DNA of 64,000 bases, taken from positions 496,001 through 560,000 of the forward strand of contig OZ025801.1 of NCBI GenBank assembly GCA_964019425.1, given 5' to 3'. This document shows, piece after piece, positions 54,347-64,000 of this stretch. Source of the DNA: Flectonema sp. DT1601. Lineage: Eukaryota. A program made the translations under genes and the position numbers. Position 1 is the first letter of the stretch, and each line of letters starts with the position of its first letter. The notes beneath the pieces are model-generated. The model was not told where the DNA came from, did not search any database, and saw only the letters and a program-made list of their open reading frames with translations.

Positions 54347-57319
54347 CTACTGTGATTCTAACAACGAACTTAGTAGTTCTGACTGCTCAGAGTTCACGCC
54401 TGCAGTTCGTTTTCCAAAATCCTTAATTAGACGATCTAATGCTTCCCTGTGTCTAGCATCTTGCTCACCCACCATGGTATCTTTGGTATCGTCGATGTTG
54501 CTTTTGTCTTCCTTCGCTTTTCTAACTTTTTCTGTCGCTCTGCGGTATTTGTCCCCAACTGGCCCAGCCATGATCTTGTCATACTTGTTTATTTTAGCCT
54601 GCTGCTTTTTTAATTGTTCCAAATACTTTCTGTATCCCGCTGTTAATTTTTTTTCCGGAGATGCTTTGTTAACTGGTACGTTGTGGCTTTTCTTTCCAGC
54701 GAATTTTTTAATGCATTTGTTAATAATGTCATCGTGTTCTGGGGAGGCTGGTTTGAACGGAAAGCGAAACTTTTTTCCATACGGTGGAGTTTTTGCCTTT
54801 CGAAGTTTCTTCAAAATTTCATCACGAATACAGGGATACAAATAATGCAATGCCTGCCTAAGGTGTTTAGGTACTTTTCTATATTTTCCAGTGCGTTTGT
54901 ATTCTTCAGCAAAGTCATTTACTATCCCTCTAATCTTCTTTTCGTGTGCCTCCAGTTTGTCGTTTATTTCTTTTATTGCTTCTTTTGTCATATTGTATTG
55001 TTTGTGAGAAGGAGCACCTACCCGTTTTAAAGCCTTGTTGACTTCCTTGAGTCTCTTGTTACCGTTTGTGATGTTTTTATTTAACTGTCTTTTTAGTTCT
55101 GAGATTGTGTTGTTGATGGCGGTGAGATTTCTTTGATGTTGCTCATCGACTCTACGAATCTCTTCTCTGATTGCATCCCATGTGGTATTTGGACATTGTT
55201 GTCTTAAAAGAGTTGTGTGACAGAGGTCAAGGTCATCAATCTTTGCTCTCTCAGCTTCACATTGTCTTTCACTCAGTGTAGCTCTACCCTCATAGGTTGA
55301 TAGTCTGGTTGGGTTACCCGATGTTATAGACTCTTCATGCATGATGTTGTTTGGGTCCGCATTTTCATCCGACCCTGGATCATCTTCAGTGTGCTTCAGA
55401 CCTAAATTGTGTCCTGCCTCATGAGCCAAGGTCGTTCCAAGAGTATGTTGGTTAAGCTCTATGATTATTGTTCTCCCAGGACGTAGACCAAGTCCTAGTT
55501 TTGATGTACCTGCAAATTCTTCAAAAGCAAAAACACGAAGTCTTTTACACGCCTTATCACGAGGGGTAGTTACGTCAGGACATAGTTGTTTTCCCATTGT
55601 TTGAACAGCGTATAAAATATCGCTGAACTCTAAGTCTCCGATCTGATTTCCCGCAGGGTCAACTAGAATTGTTTCCGTTCCAACTTTTTTTGACGGAACA
55701 GTGCCGTCTGGTAGTAAAATATCACCAAGCGTTTTTCCATTCTTGCCAACTGGAATCGTTGAATAGTTTAGTTCATGTACCCTTCCGGTGTGTAATTTAA
55801 ATGACACACAACACTGCTTGTGAATATCGGATGCCCTATCTAACGCACTCACAAGTTTAGCTTTTTTCGCAGCCAAGTTCCTCTCATTGCTGTTCACAAA
55901 CATGCATGTTTCAATTATTTTGCAATCACATGGAGCAGTAGTAGGTTCCGGAATAGCCGGCGGATTTGTAGGTCTGTAATTAATATATGTCTCTTGTTCT
56001 GGGGTGGTGCATACTGAAGGAGTTGTCTCCGGATCGAGTCGAGGTCGAGAATTGAACTGGATGCAAATTCCATCGACTACTTCGTATCCTTGAGAATTAT
56101 GATTAGAAGCAAGTGTACGACAATCGTATATCGATTGGACCTCATTGCAGGTAATGCCAGACTCTTCGCAGTCGTAGTGGAAGAGACAAAAGGCTGAGAA
56201 TTGTGGTGTGTGAATGAAAGTGTCATCCGCGTAAGATGCATCCCTCTGAACAAATACTGTTGACCCCTGATGGCATTCATCTTCAGGGAGTATACTGATT
56301 GGAACATAATAATATACAACGCAAAGAGTTGAATCACTTATGTACTCCCATGCTTGACAATTGTTATCATTCAAGCACTGAATGTGACATTCTTCTATGT
56401 GAGACTGCTTAGAGCAACTGGCGCCATTGTCGCACGGGTTTCCACGAGAGCAGAATTCTGACCAATTTTCAATTTTTTCAAACTCTTCGTCGAATTTCGG
56501 CCTTTTTACGTATGTCACTCCGTGTTCGCACTCAATGCTGTCTTCTGAAGGGTTTTTGTCAAAGATTACACAAACATCCCCGCAATCTGACTGACCAATT
56601 TGGTAACCCCCGGCATTCATCTCAGCAGCAATGGCCCTGCAGTAGTAGATAGAGGAAACGTCTTCAATGCACAGAACACCTTCGGCTTTGCAATTGTAAC
56701 CAATTTCACAGAATGCGTCAGTACTTTCAACAACGAGGTACGTATCGTCAGGGTTTTTAAAATCAATTTTTGAATACCAAATTGCGCCATCGTGGCAATC
56801 GTCTTTATGGGAATTTACTACTTCTGGAAGATATGTTGTTGTAGTGCAAATCTCATCAACGAAACTCCATGATGCACAAGATTCTGTCTGGATGCAGTAC
56901 TCACGACATTGGTCTTCAGTTTCTACATCGCAGCAACCCATGCCATCAGATTCGCAAGCATCGCCTCCTCTGGCACAGGCTTCGTTCCAATTTAGTATTT
57001 GTGTGAATTGTGAGTGTTGTTTAGAGTACGTAATTCTTCCTTCGTGACACATAGCGGAGGTGTCTGTGCCACTCGTTGGAGGATAGGAGTAGAGCAGGCA
57101 AAGTGTTTTTATTATTTCGTATCCTTTGCATTCGTTTCCCAGTTCGGTGCAGACAGATCGGCAGTCACTCTCATGTTCGACTTCATTGTAGCACCAGACT
57201 CCAGGGACTTCGCAGTTGAAATCGAGACTGCAAAACTCGCTCCAATCATCTTGAGGTTCGTACTCTGCGGTGACCATCACCACTCCAAGAAGTGGTATCA
57301 GAAAGCGAACTGTAATCAT
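54347..57319 (-). CDS. Secreted metzincin metalloprotease with about six PAN/apple-like Cys-rich repeats and a long basic helical C-terminus; probable 5'-UTR intron 57337-57455
   Basis: Signal peptide; repeated CR..C....C.GY/W....C motifs; HEAGHNLGLKH zinc motif with NNIMH Met-turn. Confidence 0.85.
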   Translation of the reverse strand: MITVRFLIPLLGVVMVTAEYEPQDDWSEFCSLDFNCEVPGVWCYNEVEHESDCRSVCTELGNECKGYEIIKTLCLLYSYPPTSGTDTSAMCHEGRITYSKQHSQFTQILNWNEACARGGDACESDGMGCCDVETEDQCREYCIQTESCASWSFVDEICTTTTYLPEVVNSHKDDCHDGAIWYSKIDFKNPDDTYLVVESTDAFCEIGYNCKAEGVLCIEDVSSIYYCRAIAAEMNAGGYQIGQSDCGDVCVIFDKNPSEDSIECEHGVTYVKRPKFDEEFEKIENWSEFCSRGNPCDNGASCSKQSHIEECHIQCLNDNNCQAWEYISDSTLCVVYYYVPISILPEDECHQGSTVFVQRDASYADDTFIHTPQFSAFCLFHYDCEESGITCNEVQSIYDCRTLASNHNSQGYEVVDGICIQFNSRPRLDPETTPSVCTTPEQETYINYRPTNPPAIPEPTTAPCDCKIIETCMFVNSNERNLAAKKAKLVSALDRASDIHKQCCVSFKLHTGRVHELNYSTIPVGKNGKTLGDILLPDGTVPSKKVGTETILVDPAGNQIGDLEFSDILYAVQTMGKQLCPDVTTPRDKACKRLRVFAFEEFAGTSKLGLGLRPGRTIIIELNQHTLGTTLAHEAGHNLGLKHTEDDPGSDENADPNNIMHEESITSGNPTRLSTYEGRATLSERQCEAERAKIDDLDLCHTTLLRQQCPNTTWDAIREEIRRVDEQHQRNLTAINNTISELKRQLNKNITNGNKRLKEVNKALKRVGAPSHKQYNMTKEAIKEINDKLEAHEKKIRGIVNDFAEEYKRTGKYRKVPKHLRQALHYLYPCIRDEILKKLRKAKTPPYGKKFRFPFKPASPEHDDIINKCIKKFAGKKSHNVPVNKASPEKKLTAGYRKYLEQLKKQQAKINKYDKIMAGPVGDKYRRATEKVRKAKEDKSNIDDTKDTMVGEQDARHREALDRLIKDFGKRTAGVNSEQSELLSSLLESQ

Positions 57320-57406
57320 GTTAGTTAGTTGTGAAGCTGTGAAGACAAATTACTTAACTCATAAACACATTTATTTTTTAATTTTTTTCTTTGAAAAAAA
57401 AAGGAT

Positions 57407-57449
<43 letters not shown>

Positions 57450-58053
57450 ACTTACCAAAAATATGAGGGTTCATTCCTTTTTTTTTTCTTTTTTTTTGCA
57501 CCGTTGTGAGAACAGAATTCAAAAAGAATAAAAAAAAGGCTAGTCTTCTCACTGAAGAAAGACTGCTGCTTACAACCATAATACAAAGATATCGTTTGCA
57601 GTGTCGACATTTTTCCAGCTGTCATTATTCCCTTTTGTTCTTTTCTTTTTTTTTTCTCTCAACCCCTTCCGAATGTGTGAAACAAAACTAAAATAAAGAA
57701 AGCCAAAAAGAAAAAAGAAAGTTCAAAATTATTCGGGTTCTCTCTGATATTTAAGTTTTTATGGAAGGGGAGGGGAAAAAAAAAGAAAAGAAGAAGGAAA
57801 GATGTCGAGCATCTGACAATAAAAATGATGTAGTCTACAATGGGACCACTGCCCATTTTTTTTTAAAAAACATCAAAACGGAACGGGAAAAAAGAAATCC
57901 TATCACTGCACATTCTGAACTGCTAAAAGTAATCATAATGCAAGTCGCACTCCGACACGAACCCAGAGTGTAAAAAAATTAAAGGGATACACAACAACCA
58001 CACAATGCGGCTGGGCGATTTTTTTTTTTTTTTTTTGGAAAAAATTGCTCTAA

Positions 58054-59038
58054 CTCATTAAGGACGGGGGGGAACTATTGTGTTTAAAGAAATCTATTTT
58101 CCACTAAATAGTGCAAAATCAAGAGATGGGAAGAAGTAGCGAAGACCCGCCCAGTGTGAATGGCTTCAATGAAATGAGCGAATTGAAGGCACTCCCTCAA
58201 CTCATTTTCACTGATCATGTTATTCGACAGATCGTTGTCTGCTCGATTGATAAAAAGACGTCCCTGAAGTCACTAAAAGTCGGTGAACCGAAATGCTTTC
58301 CGGGATGATATTTTAGTGAGCCTCAGATACAAGCAAAACATTCAGGGGTAGCCTTCCGTTTTGCAACATCAGGTACTCCCTTCCTGTTCCGTCGGACTGT
58401 TCCAACACAGTGGAATCCTTTCGTCAACATCAATATAAAGAGTGCGTAGTGCGTATGACGAATAAAAATAGTTCAAACATCACCCAATGTCATTTGTTCT
58501 TATAAGGTTTAGCAAAACTATGAACATATGAAGCAGCAATATGTTTGTTAGCAGTGTGGAAAATTACATTCAATATGTGGCCTGTCGTTGACTCCGCAAG
58601 CACATACAGCTTCATTCCGCATCTGCTACGCTTTCTGGGTTCGTAGATTTTCAAGCCTTGCGGAAGTCTCCTTTTGTCCTGTACCCTGTTTTGGCGAATA
58701 CCACTTCAATCTTACAAAGGGGAGAACATTTGCGTCCCATACCGCTACCTCTGTGTCGGGAGGTGCTATCAGGGAAGAATGTACTAAGAGGAAGACCCCC
58801 CTGCACTCACAACAACATCAAAATTGAAGAGACGCAAGGAGTCATAAGAACTGAGCTTATTTTTTGTCTTTAGTGATGTTTTTTTTTTATTCTGTTCACC
58901 CTTTAGGTGGTGAAATGTGGGTGTATTTTTAACAGGCAATGGTTCACTTTGTCATGTCTCCTTTCTGAGCCTCCCTACCCCTTTTCCCCATTGGCTCTAT
59001 TTTCAAAAAAAACCCGGTTTTATCGCCGTCCTTAATGG
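58054..59038 (+). mobile_element. Decayed, internally deleted piggyBac-type transposon
   Basis: Ends ctaa|ctcattaaggacgg ... ccgtccttaatgg|ttaa; broken-frame motifs LIFTDHVIRQIV, VGEPKCFPG, SAYDE, FNMWPVVDSASTY, GAIRE in piggyBac order. Confidence 0.75.
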
Positions 59039-60143
59039 TTAAAAAAAAAAAAAAATCCAAAGGAATTCTGAAAAAATTGAAAAATAAAAGCGCGCAAACG
59101 TCTAAACCACTAAAGGGGGACATTCTTAGTGTTGTCCCTTGGTGTACATGCTTCATAAGCGCCTTTCACAATAACAGAAATTAACAACAACGAATGAAGA
59201 AGTCAGCCAGCGTCAATTTACATTTTCGCATAGTAGTAGTTGTTGTTGTTGTTGTTATTTTCTCGCAAGCAACGAAATTCACTATACACCTTTCACGGTT
59301 TTTTTTTTTTTTTCTTGGGACTGAAAAAACCGTGAAGGGGTGGCGGAGACAGCGAAGTTTTCCCTGAAAAATTCTTTTTTTTTTTTTTTTTTTAATATAT
59401 TTTGTTACAAAAAAAAAAAAAAAAATAGGAAACAAAAAAAAAAAAAATAAATAATAATAATAATAATAATAATAGAAACGTCACCCATCTCTTAGGAAAA
59501 TTAAATAACGCATTGTTAAGTAATCTTTCGCTTAATTGAATTTGATTATTGTCTCGATTATTTTTTTTTTTAAAAAAAATTTACACTTTTAAAACAAATG
59601 AAAAACTCAGCATTCAGTGAGGCATTTAATTGCTCACAAGTTGTGATTATGTATTTGTTCTTACGTGGTGTCAATCACCATAGAGGGAAATGTGGCTATA
59701 ATATTATTAATGCGGTTGCCGTTCTTTTTTTTTTTTTTTTTGTCGCGTTCGTCTCTATCGTCTGCGTTGTATTACTGAACAGAATCAGTTTCCCGAAAAC
59801 TATGAGACTTGCTACGGTCAACAGAAACAAAGAAAACACAAAACAAGAAAATCGTAAATAAGAAGACTGTAGTACAGGGAGAGAAAAACAGGTTTGGAAA
59901 AAAAAAAAACGAAATAATTAAAAAAAAAAAAAAAAAAAAAAAATGCTTTATTAGAGAATAACGGATCATTAAGCGTGCAGCTAGGAAAAGGAAGTTTTTT
60001 GGCGCGCGCGGATGAGCCGAAAAAAATGGAATAAGTTTTGATAGAAAAGAGGGCTACTTCCCAAATTACTGATTAAAAAAATCTCAGTACGGAGCAGCAA
60101 CTATATGAGGAGAGCAGAAGGGGAAAACCGATATGATGTTCAC

Positions 60144-60177
<34 letters not shown>

Positions 60178-60992
60178 GAGTAGATAACATCTATTCAACG
60201 TGCAGAGAGGAATAGTCTCAAAAAAAAAAACCCCTCTCGAGAAAAACCACCCTCCCCGGTATAGGGGAAAAGCAAAGAAAAATAAATAAATTAATACAGC
60301 GGTAGCTGCTTAATTTGTTTGTCTATAAACTACAGTGACACAATTCTGGGGAGAGAAAACTTGGATGTTATTGGCAGTAGCTCGTAACAACAAACGAGCC
60401 AATTCAGCATTGCAGCTGTATTCACGCAAAGAGAACTACACACACGCTTTTAAAAACAGAATAAGTCACTTAGACTGATAACTGACAAGAAAAGACAAAG
60501 TCTCAACGTCGTTGTGTCAGAACACAGACCACCTTAACACCTTAAGGGAGAAAACACAAAAAGTTAATATTAGCTAAATAACAAAAAAGAAAGTTTATTT
60601 ATCACAGAAAAAAAATGAATTATCAAACTAAGGGGGACCAACAAACAAAAAAAAAAAAAAAAAAAATGTAATTGAGTTTTTCGAGCTAAAATTAATATAT
60701 AAATAAAAATAAAAAGAAATCTTTCCTCAGGTCATACTCTCCTTCCCCGACTCACTGATACCTTACAAAGACCTGCATCAAATTCACATCCGGGTAGTGC
60801 CCCCCACCCACAAGTGGGTAGGGACGAACCGTAGGAACTGGCCATAAATTTATGCTCAAGCCATCTCCAGCAAAGAAACTAAGTGAGAAATACTACAACA
60901 ATAAGACATGTCTAATCAAACGCATCCAAAATTAGAATATAACGTTTGCTATAAAAATGGTGCACCGGAATCTGTCTCCCCTACAAAGCATA

Positions 60993-61075
60993 GTTTTTTT
61001 TCATCTCGAAGACATGTTTTACGAGCGAAAAGAGAATTGTTGGCAACGTAACGTTAACACCCTTTATTTTATAGG
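60993..61075 (-). repeat. Family B copy
   Basis: Reverse complement of 5921-6002. Confidence 0.88.
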
Positions 61076-62999
61076 CTTGTTTTCCGTTTGCACACAAACA
61101 AATCCAACAAGTTTTTTTTTAAAAAATGGTAGTGAAGTACAGTGCTCTGGTGTTGTATAACAAGTTCATATCTCAAAAAAAAAAAAAAGATAAATTTTAT
61201 TATTCTTAGTGCTTCTGAAGTACATAAAAATGCTCCAGGGAAATATTCTTTTTTGGGAAGGGCATATTTCCCTGACGAGAACAGGTACAAATGTGAGTTT
61301 ATAAATAAGAGATGCTTGCACTAATTCAAGATATATATAAAAAAATAAAATAAAAAAGTTATAACACATTTATTTCGTATTTCCCTTTTTTTTTTTTTTT
61401 TTGCAGTATACAAACATATGAAAAAAAAAAAAAAAATTAAAAGCAGTTTCAGGCCTTCAGTAAGTACTAGAAACTTCATTCCAAAAAAAAATTTAAAAAA
61501 TAAATTCACATTTTATCAAAATTGTTCTGTTTTCCTAATGCCCATTGATGTTCGCTGTAGGACAGGGAGAAACTAATTAAATATCTGTATTGGGTCGGAG
61601 TTAACTATAATAAACGTTAGCTTTGATGCAGTAAATGTTTTTAACTTAGCTGCATACCAGGACGGGGGGGGTTACCTGACACAACGATAATTCAACACTA
61701 ATTCATAGATAGAGCTGACTAAAGGTAATGTTAGTGTAGGTATGCACTCTGCAATTGACGTAAATACAAGACAGGGATAGCATACTTGCTTTTTTTTTTT
61801 TTTTTGATCTGAGCTGGGCTGAGTCATCTCTGTGACTCTGTAGTAATAACAATAGTAGAAATCTTAGCAACGAAAAGAATTTTCTTTTTTTTTTTTTTTT
61901 TCTTTCATTCTTTCTTTCCTCCTCTCTTTATTAAAAAAAAAAAGAAATAAAAATGAAACCGTGTAAAAGAAATAAACCAACTAAAAAAAGGGCTGGTCAG
62001 TTTGGCTGTTGGTTGTCATCACTTCGAAAGATGATTTTTTTTTAAAAAAAAAGAAATTGTGTAGCCGTTTTTTTCAAAAACTGAGTTGTTTGACAGATAC
62101 GATAATACTACCAATTTTTTTGGATATAAAGCGTGATCTCATTCAATTTTGTGTAAACGTTTTTATCACAAGTACGAAATGGGGTGGTTGTTGATCTAAT
62201 TAATGAAGATAAATAAAAATAAAAAAAAAGTGACCTTTTTTTTTTTTATTGTTTTTTTCTTCCCCTTGAGAGAGAGAGAGAGAGAGAGGGTCATTCCTGA
62301 CCTTACGGCTACCCCTCACAGCAACAGATGAATAATTATTTTGATTAAATATTGCTATTTTTCTATTTTATCCAAAAAAAAAAAAAAAATATATAATAGT
62401 TTGATCTTACTTGTGTAAATTTTATCACAAGTACCAGACGACGAAGATAACAGTATTCTAATTTTTTTTTTTTTTTTGAATTTGTTTTGTTTTGTTTTTT
62501 TTGTTGTCTTTTTTTTCGCTGTCACAAGTCCTAGACTCTTGTCCGATGTACTTTGACCCTAAAGCGAAGTATTCTAATTTTAAAAAAAGGGTTCGATCGA
62601 CGAGATTATGTTTAGATAATTTAGTTTTGCCTTTTAAAACTATCACAGGCTGGCCGCGTCACTACACTGGTTGACCTTGACGCAAGCAAATTCAAGTAGC
62701 GTGCACGTTCCCTGTTTTCATCCTTAAAAAAATAAGACAACTACCTTCAAGGTGTTGCACATTTTATAAGGAGACCAATAGGTAAGCTCTATAGAACTTG
62801 AAACGCTTTTTTTTCTTTTTTTTTTTTTCTTTTTTTTTTTTGATCTATAGAAATGAGTACAGAGTAGAAAAGGATAATAAAAAACAATAATTGGAAGAAT
62901 CAAAAAGTACAGCAATCAATTTCTTTTTTTTTCTTTCTTTTTTTTCTTTTTTTCCACAAAATGATAAAAAAAAAAGGGATGGGTGTTATCACAAGTAAA

Positions 63000-63135
63000 T
63001 CCATTCAGAATAGCCTTATACTTCGCTGAACGCAGACAAAAGTCCTGTCGCACGGGGAAAATAAATCATGACCATAAGAAATACCGGCTTTTCAATCTGA
63101 ATAGTTTTTTTTCTCCGAACACGTCGGTTCAAAAA
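63000..63135 (-). mobile_element. Family C (Helentron-like) copy, uninterrupted
   Basis: ttcagaat ... aatctgaatagtt inverted pair; imperfect hairpin ccgaacacgtcgg; ends in an A-run. Confidence 0.7.
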
Positions 63136-63943
63136 AAAAAAAAAAAAAAAGTTCAGACAATTCATCATGATTGAAACAATGTAAGATAAGGAAGTCCAAT
63201 ACATTGCATACCTAGTATTAATAATTATCAGTCAATCAAAAAAAAGCAAAAAATCGTAGGACAACAAACAAGTTGGTTTCGGGCTAAGATTAAAAACAAT
63301 CTTTCTTCGGACCATTCCCCTTACCCAGCCCCTTCAGCGAAGAAAGTAAGGGGGACACTGCGGTGTCAGGCCTGTCCTACTCATCGCGTTTGCCCTTCTC
63401 AGCCTAATTGAAACAATGTTAAGATAGATAGATAAGGAAGTCCAATACATTACATACTGTGCATCGCTGATACAGCAAACTAAAGAGCATCGGGTTAACT
63501 CCCTAGAGCTGCGAGGCAACTGCAACGTAATTAGACCCCCAAATCTTATTAGGATTGTTTTATTATAGCTTCGGCTGACGGGGCATAATGAACTATCGTC
63601 AGCTTTCAATAATATTTAAATGTACTAACCCAAAAATTTATAAAAATAAATAAAAAAAAGGGTTATGGTCCAAAATACACCAAAAAAAAGCCAACAAAAA
63701 GTGGCCCAAAATACACTAAACCTGTGACCTGGGGCTCCGGCTCTGACTGTGCACCCTGGGGTCCAACCAAAAATAATAAAATTTATTCCGCGAAGCAGCT
63801 GTGTATATCAGAGGAATGCTTACGAGGTTTTCAGTCATCATCCGATAACGCGATTGACATTTGATGTTTTTTGCTAGTTTTATAAATAATCAAGTCGATC
63901 AAAGAACCGTAATGACTTCAATTAAAACTAAATTTTTTTTTTT

Positions 63944-63999
63944 TTTTTGCATTTAACAAGTATTGTAAGAACGAAAAAGAATGTTGGGCAGCACACATA
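63944..63999 (+). repeat. Dispersed repeat D; inverted copy at 17-78
   Basis: tttttgcatttaacaagtattgta(a/g)gaacgaaaaa...aatgtt...ggca(g/t)cacac is shared with the reverse complement of the window start. Confidence 0.8.
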
Positions 64000-64000
64000 A

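Noticed and set aside
60761..60846. Second possible HDV/ingi-like motif (cccaccacaagtgggtaggg)
   Set aside because: P2, P4 and J4/2 cannot be built convincingly

Overview
AT-rich eukaryotic nuclear DNA with long poly(A)/poly(T) tracts. About 20 credible protein genes all lie on the minus strand, several split by short GT-AG introns. One-strand clustering plus real cis-introns, ribophorin I and hemC suggest a euglenozoan such as a diplonemid (inference, not proven). Recognisable genes: ribophorin I, a CDF zinc transporter, AGXT2, porphobilinogen deaminase, a purple acid phosphatase, an Asp/Glu-racemase-like protein, ankyrin, PDZ and RING proteins, and a PAN/apple-metzincin. The most striking gene encodes a 1878-aa type I membrane protein built from ~88 Trp-flanked N-glycosylation-sequon repeats. 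Gene-poor stretches hold mobile DNA: a 2.8-kb TIR element with a 6-bp TSD, internal tandem array and tRNA-like cargo; a decayed piggyBac; a hAT fragment; a Helentron-like family, one copy carrying a GC-rich insert; other dispersed repeats; and a structured segment joining an ingi-signature-like motif to a tRNA T-arm. All calls were made by eye, with no database searches.
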